Positions 49,935-58,818 of a stretch of DNA of 64,000 nt are shown in pieces. The stretch covers positions 186,001-250,000 of the forward strand of contig DATMBG010000051.1 in assembly GCA_035559535.1 (NCBI GenBank). Reading direction: 5' to 3'. A program made the position numbers and the translations under genes. The stretch is from Candidatus Limnocylindrales bacterium (GTDB taxonomy: Bacteria > Moduliflexota > Moduliflexia > Moduliflexales > JAUQPW01). Numbering within the stretch: the first letter of the stretch is position 1; each line of letters starts with the position of its first letter. The notes beneath the pieces were generated by a model, which was given only the letters and a program-made list of their open reading frames with translations, made no database searches and was not told where the DNA came from.

Positions 49935-51434
49935 ATGAAAATCGTTTTATCGATTGTAGAAGGTCCCCGACAGGGTGAACACTTTGAGTTTGATCAACCG
50001 GATTGCTTTTTAGTGGGAAGATCGCTTCAATCCCATTTTCAACTCAGTCAAGACGATCCTTATGTATCCAGAAATCATTTCCTTCTAGAGATAAGACCCC
50101 CTTACTGTTATATTCGGGATAATAAAAGCACCAACGGGACTTATGTGAAGTGTGTGAAGGATAAGGAGTTCAAACGTATTACCGAAGCAGAACTTCATGA
50201 TAAGGATCTCATTAGAGTAGGAAAGACGGTGCTGAGGGTTGAGGTGATTCCCGAGCAGTCGGTTGAAGCAGAGAAGGTTTTCTGCATCCGATGTGGCTCG
50301 GATCTTACCGAGGCTCTAAAAAATAAAAGAGCTGCTGACCTGGCTATTTCCGATTATATTTGCCAAGATTGCAAAAAAAAGGAAGCCATGAAGATAAAAC
50401 CGCTCGCTGCTCCCAGGATACATCACGTGTGTTCCGGCTGTGGTAAAGATGTATCGCGTCGGGCAAACTCAGACGGGAAAGCTGAGGAATTAGCCGATGT
50501 AATGTTATACCTCTGCGAAGAGTGTGCAGCCCAGGAGCAGCGAGAGGTGGATATTCCAAACATTAAAGATTATCAGTTATTGAAGGAGCTGGGTAGAGGT
50601 GGAATGGGGGTAGTTTATAAAGCCTGGCATAAGCCTACAGGTCGCCTGGTTGCCTTAAAAAAGATGTTACCGGGTGTTGCCATGGATGAAAAGGCGAATA
50701 AGCTCTTTCAACGTGAAATGGCCGTCATGACCCAGCTTATCCATCCCCATATTGTTCGTCTCCTGGATCAGGGAATGATTGGCCGAGAGCATTACTTTGT
50801 TTCCGAGTATTTGCCCCATGGCGATACAGAAGAGCTGGTGGTTAAAGTTTATAAGGGACCCGTCCCTATTCCAGAGGCCTGTAATTTAATCTGTCAGATT
50901 CTTGGGGGGCTGGATTATGCCCACAAGAAAGGGTTCATTCATCGGGATATTAAACCCCCTAACTTACTTCTGACTAAAAATAAAAAAGGGGAAAGGATCG
51001 CCAAGTTAACGGATTTTGGACTTTCTAAAAGTTATGAAAAGGCCGGAAATTCCGGAATGACCATGCGGGGTGAAACCAGTGGAACTCCATTTTTTATGGC
51101 CCCGGAGCAGTTTACCAATTACCGTTTCGTAAAACCTCCGGCCGATGTTTATTCTGCGGCTGTCACCCTTTATTATCTTCTGACGGCCAAGTATCAGTTT
51201 CACTTTCCTACTCCCCTGGATATGGTCAAAGGGATTCTTAAAGAAAAAAAACCGAAGGATCCCATTCTTGTTATTCTGGAAGATCCTCCTATACCTATCC
51301 GGGAACAAAATCCTGCGATCCCGGAAGCCCTGGCAACGGTAGTCGATAAAGCCATCCAAAAGGATGAGAAGGAGCGATTTCAAACCGCCAAGGAATTAGA
51401 AGAGGCCATCAAAGAGGCTCTTAAGAAAATTTAA
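49935..51434 (+). CDS. FHA + Zn-finger + Ser/Thr protein kinase
   Basis: FHA (VGRS, VSRNH, STNGT), CIRC/CQDC/CSGC/CEEC, GRGGMG, HRDIKPPN, DFG, APE. ATG 49935 preferred over TTG 49908. Confidence 0.92.
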   Translation: MKIVLSIVEGPRQGEHFEFDQPDCFLVGRSLQSHFQLSQDDPYVSRNHFLLEIRPPYCYIRDNKSTNGTYVKCVKDKEFKRITEAELHDKDLIRVGKTVLRVEVIPEQSVEAEKVFCIRCGSDLTEALKNKRAADLAISDYICQDCKKKEAMKIKPLAAPRIHHVCSGCGKDVSRRANSDGKAEELADVMLYLCEECAAQEQREVDIPNIKDYQLLKELGRGGMGVVYKAWHKPTGRLVALKKMLPGVAMDEKANKLFQREMAVMTQLIHPHIVRLLDQGMIGREHYFVSEYLPHGDTEELVVKVYKGPVPIPEACNLICQILGGLDYAHKKGFIHRDIKPPNLLLTKNKKGERIAKLTDFGLSKSYEKAGNSGMTMRGETSGTPFFMAPEQFTNYRFVKPPADVYSAAVTLYYLLTAKYQFHFPTPLDMVKGILKEKKPKDPILVILEDPPIPIREQNPAIPEALATVVDKAIQKDEKERFQTAKELEEAIKEALKKI

Positions 51435-51450
51435 ATAGAGACAGGGAAGT

Positions 51451-51477
51451 GTAGGGCGAAACACCCCTTCGCCCTAC
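51451..51477. repeat. REP family 1-like palindrome / possible terminator
   Basis: gtagggcgaa...ttcgccctac between convergent genes. Confidence 0.65.
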
Positions 51478-51547
51478 AGTCAATAGGCACCTGGCGTGCA
51501 TTTTTACTTTTGTTCGAGACTTTTAAGATAATTTCAGAAAAAGGGGA

Positions 51548-51880
51548 TCAGGCTTTGAACAGAGTGGATATAAGGCCTATAAGGATCAGCAACCCCCCTA
51601 ACCCCCCTAGAAAGTACCCCATAAACGGAAAGATAAACCAGAAAGGTAAGCTGGTCAAAAAGATTAGCACCCCAAAACCCGTTAAATTCGTACTTTCCTT
51701 TTTAATAGGAGCCATCACCGGCTCCTGGGTCCGCACACCCCGAGATATGACTTCTAACACATAATTCATCCGATTCTCACGCTCAGAAAGGGGTAATGAA
51801 TTAAGTTTTTTTATAACTTTATCTGTCAAGGTCTCAATCTCATCCAGCAGGATGAAATTAATTTTTTCTTGTTCATCCAT
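51548..51880 (-). CDS. Hypothetical protein with C-terminal TM hairpin
   Basis: RBS AAGGAGG; two hydrophobic C-terminal helices. Confidence 0.7.
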   Translation of the reverse strand: MDEQEKINFILLDEIETLTDKVIKKLNSLPLSERENRMNYVLEVISRGVRTQEPVMAPIKKESTNLTGFGVLIFLTSLPFWFIFPFMGYFLGGLGGLLILIGLISTLFKA

Positions 51881-52103
51881 AAAACCCTCCTTTATCTATC
51901 ATCTTTCTTAAAAGCTAACCGGCGAAGATGCCTTTGTCAAAGCAAAAATATCCAGAAATGGTTTAGGTTTAAAAAATAAAATTATTATGTTGACAAGAAT
52001 CTTCGTTACGATATTAAATAATTTAATTAAGAGGTCGCCTATCTATTTGAGTTTTGTCATGATTTAAGTTCATAAACCAAGGAGGGTCTAAGAATTATTC
52101 CAT

Positions 52104-52697
52104 ATGGCCAATGAAACTACTGTAGCTACCCCACCAACTCCTGAAGTAAAAAAAGAGCTGGCTAAGCCGGCAACAGTTGTTGAACAGGCACCGACAGAAG
52201 GGAAGTGGAGTTTACTTTCCCGTAGAGATTTTCTAACCCGAGCTGCGTGGGCGGGATTTACCATAAATTTTTTAGCAGCCACCTTCGCCTGTCTCCGATA
52301 TATGTTCCCCCGGGTTCTTTTTGAACCTTCTCCGATTTTCAAGGCCGGGTTCCCCAATGAATATGCCGTGGGAGAAGTGAATGAGCGATTCAAACAATCT
52401 CAACGGGTATGGATCGTTCGGGATAGCGGTGGCTTTTATGCCCTTTTAGCTATCTGCACCCATTTGGGATGTACGCCTAATTGGTTTGCAACGGAGGATA
52501 AGTTTAAATGCCCCTGCCATGGAAGTGGATTCCGAAGAACCGGAATCAACTTTGAAGGCCCTGCCCCTCGGCCTTTAGAACGAATCAAAATAACCTTAGC
52601 CGAGGATGGGCAACTCTTGATAGATAAAAGTGTTAAATTCCTCTATGAGAAAGGGGAGTGGACTAAACCTGGGGCTTATCTACCGTATAGTAGTTGA
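52104..52697 (+). CDS. Rieske [2Fe-2S] subunit of a Rieske/cytochrome b complex
   Basis: Tat motif SRRDFL plus TM; CTHLGC and CPCHGS; GPAPRPL. Confidence 0.95.
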   Translation: MANETTVATPPTPEVKKELAKPATVVEQAPTEGKWSLLSRRDFLTRAAWAGFTINFLAATFACLRYMFPRVLFEPSPIFKAGFPNEYAVGEVNERFKQSQRVWIVRDSGGFYALLAICTHLGCTPNWFATEDKFKCPCHGSGFRRTGINFEGPAPRPLERIKITLAEDGQLLIDKSVKFLYEKGEWTKPGAYLPYSS

Positions 52698-52767
52698 AGG
52701 TTAAGGGTTGAGGGAAAGAAGGATCTTTTACCCCCTCCACCCTTAATCCTCAATCCTATTAGAGAGT

Positions 52768-53577
52768 GTGCTTAAGTTACCTATTCCTAAATTAAAATTA
52801 CCGGAGCGGTCGGACTTTGAAGAAATAAAACGACAGATCGTAGAGTCCCAAGTCTGGCGATCTATTTTTCGACATGGTTATGAAGATACTCCCAGAAATC
52901 GGGTCCTGGCAGTTCTGGATAACGTCTGGTTACATTTACATCCTACCAAACTCCCTGTACACGGAACCAAACTGCGTTTTACCTGGTGCATGGGAGGATT
53001 AACTTTTCTGATGTTTTTGGTGACCACGGTGACCGGGGTTTTTTTAATGTTCTATTACCGTCCAACTGCCGAGTACGCTTATAACGACATTAAGTATCTG
53101 GAGTTTGATGTCCCCTTTGGAATGATTATGCGGAATATGCATCGTTGGGCTGCCCATGCCATGGTTATAACCGTATGGCTCCATATGCTGAGAGTTTTCT
53201 TGACAGGCTCCTATAAACCACCCCGGGAATTTAACTGGGCCGTAGGTGTTATGCTGCTGACCATAACACTTCTTTTGAGCTTTACAGGATATCTTCTCCC
53301 CTGGGATCAACTCTCCATCTGGGCGGTCACTGTAGGTACCAATATGGCCCGTGCTACTCCCGTCTTAGGCCATGAGGGACCTTTTGCACCCCCTTCTATT
53401 ATAACCCCTTCCTCCGACGTACGTTTCATGCTCCTGGGAGGAACTATCGTAGGTCCTTCGGCTCTTTTAAGGTTCTACGTCCTCCATTGTATCTTCTTCC
53501 CCCTCTTGGCCGGAGGGTTGATGATGCTTCATTTTTGGAGGGTTCGAAAAGATGGGGGGATCTCAGGACCCCTCTAA
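52768..53577 (+). CDS. Cytochrome b6-like N-terminal cytochrome b subunit
   Basis: WCMGG, HRWAAH...[11 protein letters not shown]-x14-H, C-terminal GISGPL. Confidence 0.95.
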   Translation: MLKLPIPKLKLPERSDFEEIKRQIVESQVWRSIFRHGYEDTPRNRVLAVLDNVWLHLHPTKLPVHGTKLRFTWCMGGLTFLMFLVTTVTGVFLMFYYRPTAEYAYNDIKYLEFDVPFGMIMRNMHRWAAHAMVITVWLHMLRVFLTGSYKPPREFNWAVGVMLLTITLLLSFTGYLLPWDQLSIWAVTVGTNMARATPVLGHEGPFAPPSIITPSSDVRFMLLGGTIVGPSALLRFYVLHCIFFPLLAGGLMMLHFWRVRKDGGISGPL

Positions 53578-53684
53578 AGTTTTAACTTTAACGAAGACGA
53601 CAAAGAATCCTGAGAGAGAAGAAAAATAAACTACACTGCTCAGGGTTCTTAAGTAAGGGTTCTTAAGGCTCTTCGGGATAAGTT

Positions 53685-53852
53685 ATGGAAAACTTTATCC
53701 AGATCATCAGTAAACCGGATAATATTCCCATTGTGGCCATGTTGCTACTGGTGATATTTTTTACCTGTGTGGGTCTCCGACAGGCTTTACAAAACGACCG
53801 ACTGATCCAAGAAGGACGCAAAGACGAAATTATTGATAGGATGAGTGAATAA
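53685..53852 (+). CDS. 55-aa single-TM protein, probable small subunit of the complex (absent from ORF track)
   Basis: Own translation: MENFIQIISKPDNIPIVAMLLLVIFFTCVGLRQALQNDRLIQEGRKDEIIDRMSE*; co-oriented between the two cytochrome b halves. Confidence 0.75.
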   Translation: MENFIQIISKPDNIPIVAMLLLVIFFTCVGLRQALQNDRLIQEGRKDEIIDRMSE

Positions 53853-53936
53853 CCCTTTTATAAGGATATAAGGAGAAAGGGTAAAGGGGATCCTTTTTCC
53901 CCCATCTACCCTTGCCGGGTTTATCCTTTTAAAAGA

Positions 53937-54917
53937 ATGGCCGACGAAAAAGATATGCAAAGGGAGCTCCCCAAGGAACCCCAACCAGATGGAGCTTCAA
54001 AGCCTGCTCCAGGCTCTAAAGAGGGGGGCGAATCTCCTAAAAAAGGGGCAGAGGCGGCGGCTCCTAAACCAACTCCTCCTGCGGGTACGGTTTCGAAACC
54101 CCCTACAACAGCCACTACGGCTAAACCGACTGCACCAACTACCTCAAAACCGACCCCTGCCGTTAAAACGGTGGCCAAGAAAAAAACACGATTAGATTAC
54201 CGGGTCCATACCTGGCCCCATCTGGTAAGAAGTGAATTTTTAGTGGCTATTGCCGCTTTGATTGTCCTGACGATATGGTCTATTTTGGTAGATGCTCCCC
54301 TGGAGGATCCCGCTAACCCCAACAGAACCCCGAATCCTTCTAAAGCTCCCTGGTACTTCCTGGGTTTGCAGGAAATGCTCGTCTACTTTGACCCCTGGAT
54401 AGCCGGAGTCGTTCTCCCCGGTTTGATTATTCTAGGGCTTATGATTATCCCCTATGTGGATATTAACCCAAAGGGAAACGGATATTACACCTTCAAAGAA
54501 AGGAAATTTGCCATTACCGTTTTTCTATTTGGATTCCTCGTCCTGTGGGTCAGCCTCATCATTGTGGGAACTTTTTTGAGGGGACCGGGATGGAATTTTT
54601 TCGCACCCTGGGATAAATGGGATCCTCATAAAGTAGCCGCTCTTACCAACGTAAACCTCTCTTATAAAGTGGGTATTCGGGATGATTTTATAGCTTCCAT
54701 TTTTGGAGGGGCTGTGGTTATCGGTTATTACCTCCTGGGGGTAATCTACTACTTGATCATGCGAAATCGGAGTGAAGTCCTTCAAAAATTGGGAGTTGTT
54801 CGATATAGTATCGTGGCTTTCTTATTCCTGACCATGATGGCCCTTCCCATTAAAATGATCTTGAGATGGACCCTAAATATCAAATATATCTGGGTAACGC
54901 CCTGGTTCAATATCTAA
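53937..54917 (+). CDS. Cytochrome b subunit IV-like (C-terminal half) with Pro/Ala/Lys/Thr-rich N-tail
   Basis: TWPHLV, APLEDPANPNRTPNPSKAPWYFLGLQE (PEWY-equivalent), IPYVD. Confidence 0.88.
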   Translation: MADEKDMQRELPKEPQPDGASKPAPGSKEGGESPKKGAEAAAPKPTPPAGTVSKPPTTATTAKPTAPTTSKPTPAVKTVAKKKTRLDYRVHTWPHLVRSEFLVAIAALIVLTIWSILVDAPLEDPANPNRTPNPSKAPWYFLGLQEMLVYFDPWIAGVVLPGLIILGLMIIPYVDINPKGNGYYTFKERKFAITVFLFGFLVLWVSLIIVGTFLRGPGWNFFAPWDKWDPHKVAALTNVNLSYKVGIRDDFIASIFGGAVVIGYYLLGVIYYLIMRNRSEVLQKLGVVRYSIVAFLFLTMMALPIKMILRWTLNIKYIWVTPWFNI

Positions 54918-54975
54918 CAATTGGCAATTAACAGGAAAGAAAATAATTGCTAATTGTTAATGAAGAGATCGATCA

Positions 54976-57864
54976 ATGGCGGAGAAGGATCAAGAGAAGA
55001 TTTTTATTGAGGCTGTCGAGAGAAAATCCTATGGACATATTTACTTTATTATTACTTTGATCGGTTTGATCATGACGGTGTGGGCTTTCTGGGACGAGGT
55101 GATTACCCGAAGACCCTGGAAAAAATATCAGAAAGAATTTAATCGATTTGAATTAGCACGGGCGGAAGCCGAACTTAAACAAGCCCAGGCCAAATTAAAT
55201 ACTCCGGAATATAAAGAGTTAGAAAAAAAATTGGCAGAAGCTGAAAAAGATTTTAATTCTCATAAAGGAAGTTATCAAGATGCTCTGAGACGTTTAAAGG
55301 AAGCCAAGATTAAGTTATTCGAGGTCTCTCAAGAACAGCAGTTCCTCAAAAGCGAAGCCGATGAAGCTTTTTACTGGTACAGTAAGGCCCTCCATGAAAA
55401 CGACAAAGATGTGTTAATCCGAAAACATGAGCTGGATAAGCTGGAAGCAAAAGTGAAAGAGATGCAGCCCGAGATTGATAAACGACAATCAGAGGTAGCT
55501 GCCATCGAAAAAGAGATTGAAAGCATCAAAGGAAATCTGGAAAATCTTCAGGCAGAAAAGCGCAAATATACTGCCGATATTGAGCAGATCCAACGAAAAA
55601 TAGAAGGAATCAAGGCTCGACCTATTGAAATCAAGCAGATTATCGTGGAGAAGTCTTTTATTACAAATTTTGGAAATCACATAGCCCGGGCCGAGCGGTG
55701 TATGACCTGTCATGTGGCCATTGATCGAGCCGGTTTTGAAGATGCCAGTATTCCTCAACCCTTTAGAACCCATCCAAAACGGCAAGAGATCTTTGGAAAA
55801 CATCCCATCGAGAGGTTTGGTTGTACCCTTTGCCATGCCGGACAAGGTGCTGCCCTTACCGTGGAACAAGCCCATAATGGAGAACAACAGGTAAAGGCCA
55901 TCCATGACAAAGATAGACCCCTCAAGATCAACCATAATACCGAATTCTGGTCCCGTCCTCTCTTCTTAGGGGAAAATGTTCAAATTGGATGCAGGAAATG
56001 TCATGAGATAGATAAGGGTCTGGAAGAGGCCCCCCGTTTGACTCAGGGAAGAAGGAATTTCGAAGAATTAGGATGTCATGGATGTCACCTGGTTAAGGGG
56101 TATGAGAATTATCCTAAAGTCGGTCCCGATCTGACCCGCGTAGGGGATAAGGTTACGGCAGAGTGGATGTTCCAATGGATCAAAAACCCGAGGACCTTTC
56201 GCGTGGAAACTCGAATGCCGAATTTCCTCCTCTCAGATGAAAACGTCGAGGCTATTGTAGCCTATTTGATGAATGTAACGAGGGGAAAATATTTGGCCCA
56301 AGCCCCAGGTCAGAGAACAGAAAATGAAGGAACCGGAGGACAAGGCGATGGAAATTTTTCTCTTTCTTTACCTTCTTACTCTGCCGTTCCCGTTGCCCTC
56401 TCAAAGAACTATCAACCTTCTCCTGAAAGGGGTAAAGAGCTCGTTCGATCCATCGGATGCCTGGGTTGTCATGTCATTGGGGAAGGAACGGAGGTCAAAG
56501 ATGAACAGGGAAATCCCATTAAAATAGTACCCCAGATAGATGACAATGGAGTTATTCGGGTTCCCGTACCCAGAAAAACAGGCCGGAAATTCGGTCCAGA
56601 TCTGAGCGGCATCGGTAGTAAGACGAACTTTCAATGGCTTGTGCGGTGGCTCAAAGATCCTAAAAGCTATGATCCTAAAACACCTATGCCGAATTTTAGA
56701 TTGAGTGATGAGCAGGCCCAGGATATAGCCGCCTATTTAATGACTTTAAAATGGGAGGGGGAAAGTAAAATTTTCGGTCTGGAAGAAAAAATCAAGGATC
56801 CGGCTCTGATTGAAAAAGGTGCGCAATTGATCCGGAATTATGGCTGTTTTGGATGCCATACCATACCGGGGATGGAAAAGGAACAGCGCATCGGAGCAGA
56901 ACTGACTACCTTTGGTAATAAATGGATCGCCCAAATGTCGTTTGGTAATGCCACGCATATTCCGGAGACCTGGTGGGATTGGACTGTAAATAAGCTTAGA
57001 AATCCGAGAATTTACGCCACGGAGCGGGAGATTTTACGAATGCCTAATTTTGGCCTCCTGGATGAGGACATCAAAGCGATTGTTATGTTTTTAAAGAGTT
57101 TGACCGGAGAAGAACGCGAAATTCCAGATTATATTTATAAACCTGATCCAATTAAAATGGCCCTCATTCAGGGTCGAGAACTGGTTCGACAGTATAATTG
57201 TATTGGCTGTCATATCATCGAGAATAAAGGAGGGGCGATCCGGGCGTTTTATAAACCTGAAGAACTCAATATGGCTCCGCCGTTGTTGGAAGCTGGAGAA
57301 CTTCATGAGGGGGAGAAAGTACGCCATGACTGGCTCTCTAATTTCTTGAAAAATCCCATTCCTATTCGTCCGTGGTTAAAGGTTCGAATGCCTACTTTTG
57401 GCTTTTCCAATGAGGAAGTCGCCACCCTTGTATCCTATTTTTCAGTTCTTGCTAAAAAGCGATTTCCCTACGAACTTCCCCAAGAGCACCCCCTTCTTCC
57501 AGATATGGTTCAGGCCGGTGCTCGTCTGGCTTCTCCCGACTACTTGAACTGCTTCAATTGTCATCAGCAGGGGGATAAGAAACCGGAAGGTCCGCCGGAA
57601 GGATGGGCTCCAGATCTGGCTATGGCTGCCAGTCGCCTCAATCCAGATTGGATTATCAAATGGATTAAAGATCCACAAAAAATACAACCAGGAACCAAAA
57701 TGCCCATGTTCTTCCCCGATGAAAATTCAGGTCCTGACGATATTCTAGAAGGAAATGAAGAGCAACAAATTCTGGCTCTACGGGATTATGTGCTTTCCCT
57801 TGGATCAATCCCTACAGGAAACATATCCCTGACCCCAGTAAAACCTCCACCAGAAGAAAAATAG
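54976..57864 (+). CDS. Membrane-anchored octaheme c-type cytochrome with long coiled coil
   Basis: N-terminal TM, about 170-aa coiled coil, 8 CxxCH motifs (CMTCH, CTLCH, CRKCH, CHGCH, CLGCH, CFGCH, CIGCH, CFNCH), repeated GPDL...W..W...P....MP class I cytochrome c modules. Confidence 0.92.
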   Translation: MAEKDQEKIFIEAVERKSYGHIYFIITLIGLIMTVWAFWDEVITRRPWKKYQKEFNRFELARAEAELKQAQAKLNTPEYKELEKKLAEAEKDFNSHKGSYQDALRRLKEAKIKLFEVSQEQQFLKSEADEAFYWYSKALHENDKDVLIRKHELDKLEAKVKEMQPEIDKRQSEVAAIEKEIESIKGNLENLQAEKRKYTADIEQIQRKIEGIKARPIEIKQIIVEKSFITNFGNHIARAERCMTCHVAIDRAGFEDASIPQPFRTHPKRQEIFGKHPIERFGCTLCHAGQGAALTVEQAHNGEQQVKAIHDKDRPLKINHNTEFWSRPLFLGENVQIGCRKCHEIDKGLEEAPRLTQGRRNFEELGCHGCHLVKGYENYPKVGPDLTRVGDKVTAEWMFQWIKNPRTFRVETRMPNFLLSDENVEAIVAYLMNVTRGKYLAQAPGQRTENEGTGGQGDGNFSLSLPSYSAVPVALSKNYQPSPERGKELVRSIGCLGCHVIGEGTEVKDEQGNPIKIVPQIDDNGVIRVPVPRKTGRKFGPDLSGIGSKTNFQWLVRWLKDPKSYDPKTPMPNFRLSDEQAQDIAAYLMTLKWEGESKIFGLEEKIKDPALIEKGAQLIRNYGCFGCHTIPGMEKEQRIGAELTTFGNKWIAQMSFGNATHIPETWWDWTVNKLRNPRIYATEREILRMPNFGLLDEDIKAIVMFLKSLTGEEREIPDYIYKPDPIKMALIQGRELVRQYNCIGCHIIENKGGAIRAFYKPEELNMAPPLLEAGELHEGEKVRHDWLSNFLKNPIPIRPWLKVRMPTFGFSNEEVATLVSYFSVLAKKRFPYELPQEHPLLPDMVQAGARLASPDYLNCFNCHQQGDKKPEGPPEGWAPDLAMAASRLNPDWIIKWIKDPQKIQPGTKMPMFFPDENSGPDDILEGNEEQQILALRDYVLSLGSIPTGNISLTPVKPPPEEK

Positions 57865-57994
57865 AATTGTCCATAATGGGTTGTCCGTCGTATTTTGTTA
57901 GTGAGAAGAGTAGACTGTGTTCTTGTACAGTTCGTTGTCTGTTGTAATTTTAATAAGCCCCAATAGATAACGGACAAGCAAAAGGAGGAAATTC

Positions 57995-58717
57995 ATGACC
58001 AAATTATTTACTTTTCTTTTCACAATAACCTGGCTGGTAAGCTTCTTAGGTACCTCTGCACTTGCCTATGAAGCCGTAGAAGTGACCAATGGCGGGACGA
58101 TTACAGGTACGGTAAAGTTTGCTGGGGAACCCCCAGAGCGACCCATGATTGAGCCTGCAAAGGATAAGGAGGTGTGTAAATCCCATCCTGCTAACGATCT
58201 GATTGTTTCTAAGGAAACAAAAGGAATTCAATATGCCGTGGCTTATCTGGCGGATATTCAAAAAGGAAAACCCCAGGAAAAGCCTGCTGAGAATCCAAAA
58301 TTTGATCAAAAAGGATGCGAGTATCTTCCCCATGTTCTTATATTCCCGGCCGGATCTACCATCGATATTCTCAATAGTGACGGGATTTTGCACAATATCC
58401 ATACCTTTAGCCAGGCAAATCCGCCTATTAACAAGGCTCAGCCTAAGTTCAAGAAGGTATTACAGGAAAAGGTTGAGTATCCTGAGGTTATCAACGTAAA
58501 ATGTGATGTCCATACCTGGATGAACGCCTATTGGGTAGCTACAGGGCATCCGTATTACGCCGCTACCGATGAGAATGGCAACTTCAAATTAGAAAATGTT
58601 CCTCCGGGTAACTATAAACTGGGAGTCTGGCATGAAAAGCTAGGTACCGTAACCCAAGATGTGGTCGTAAAGGAAAAAGAAGAAACTAAAGTGACCGTCG
58701 AAATGGCCCCGAAGTAA
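57995..58717 (+). CDS. Exported cupredoxin-like / carboxypeptidase-regulatory-like domain protein
   Basis: Signal peptide AxA; DQKGCEYLPHV, HNIH, KCDVHTWM, TDENGNF..VPPG.Y.L..WHE. Confidence 0.8.
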   Translation: MTKLFTFLFTITWLVSFLGTSALAYEAVEVTNGGTITGTVKFAGEPPERPMIEPAKDKEVCKSHPANDLIVSKETKGIQYAVAYLADIQKGKPQEKPAENPKFDQKGCEYLPHVLIFPAGSTIDILNSDGILHNIHTFSQANPPINKAQPKFKKVLQEKVEYPEVINVKCDVHTWMNAYWVATGHPYYAATDENGNFKLENVPPGNYKLGVWHEKLGTVTQDVVVKEKEETKVTVEMAPK

Positions 58718-58731
58718 CCCTTAATTTTTAT

Positions 58732-58776
58732 TAAAAGGGCAATAAAACCAGATTATCCGGTTTTATTGCCCTTTTA
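58732..58776 (+). terminator. Strong 18-bp hairpin
   Basis: taaaagggcaataaaacc-agattatcc-ggttttattgccctttta. Confidence 0.7.
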
Positions 58777-58818
58777 TGTGAATACCGAAATCGATTAAAC
58801 CGAGGAGAGAGAAAAAGA

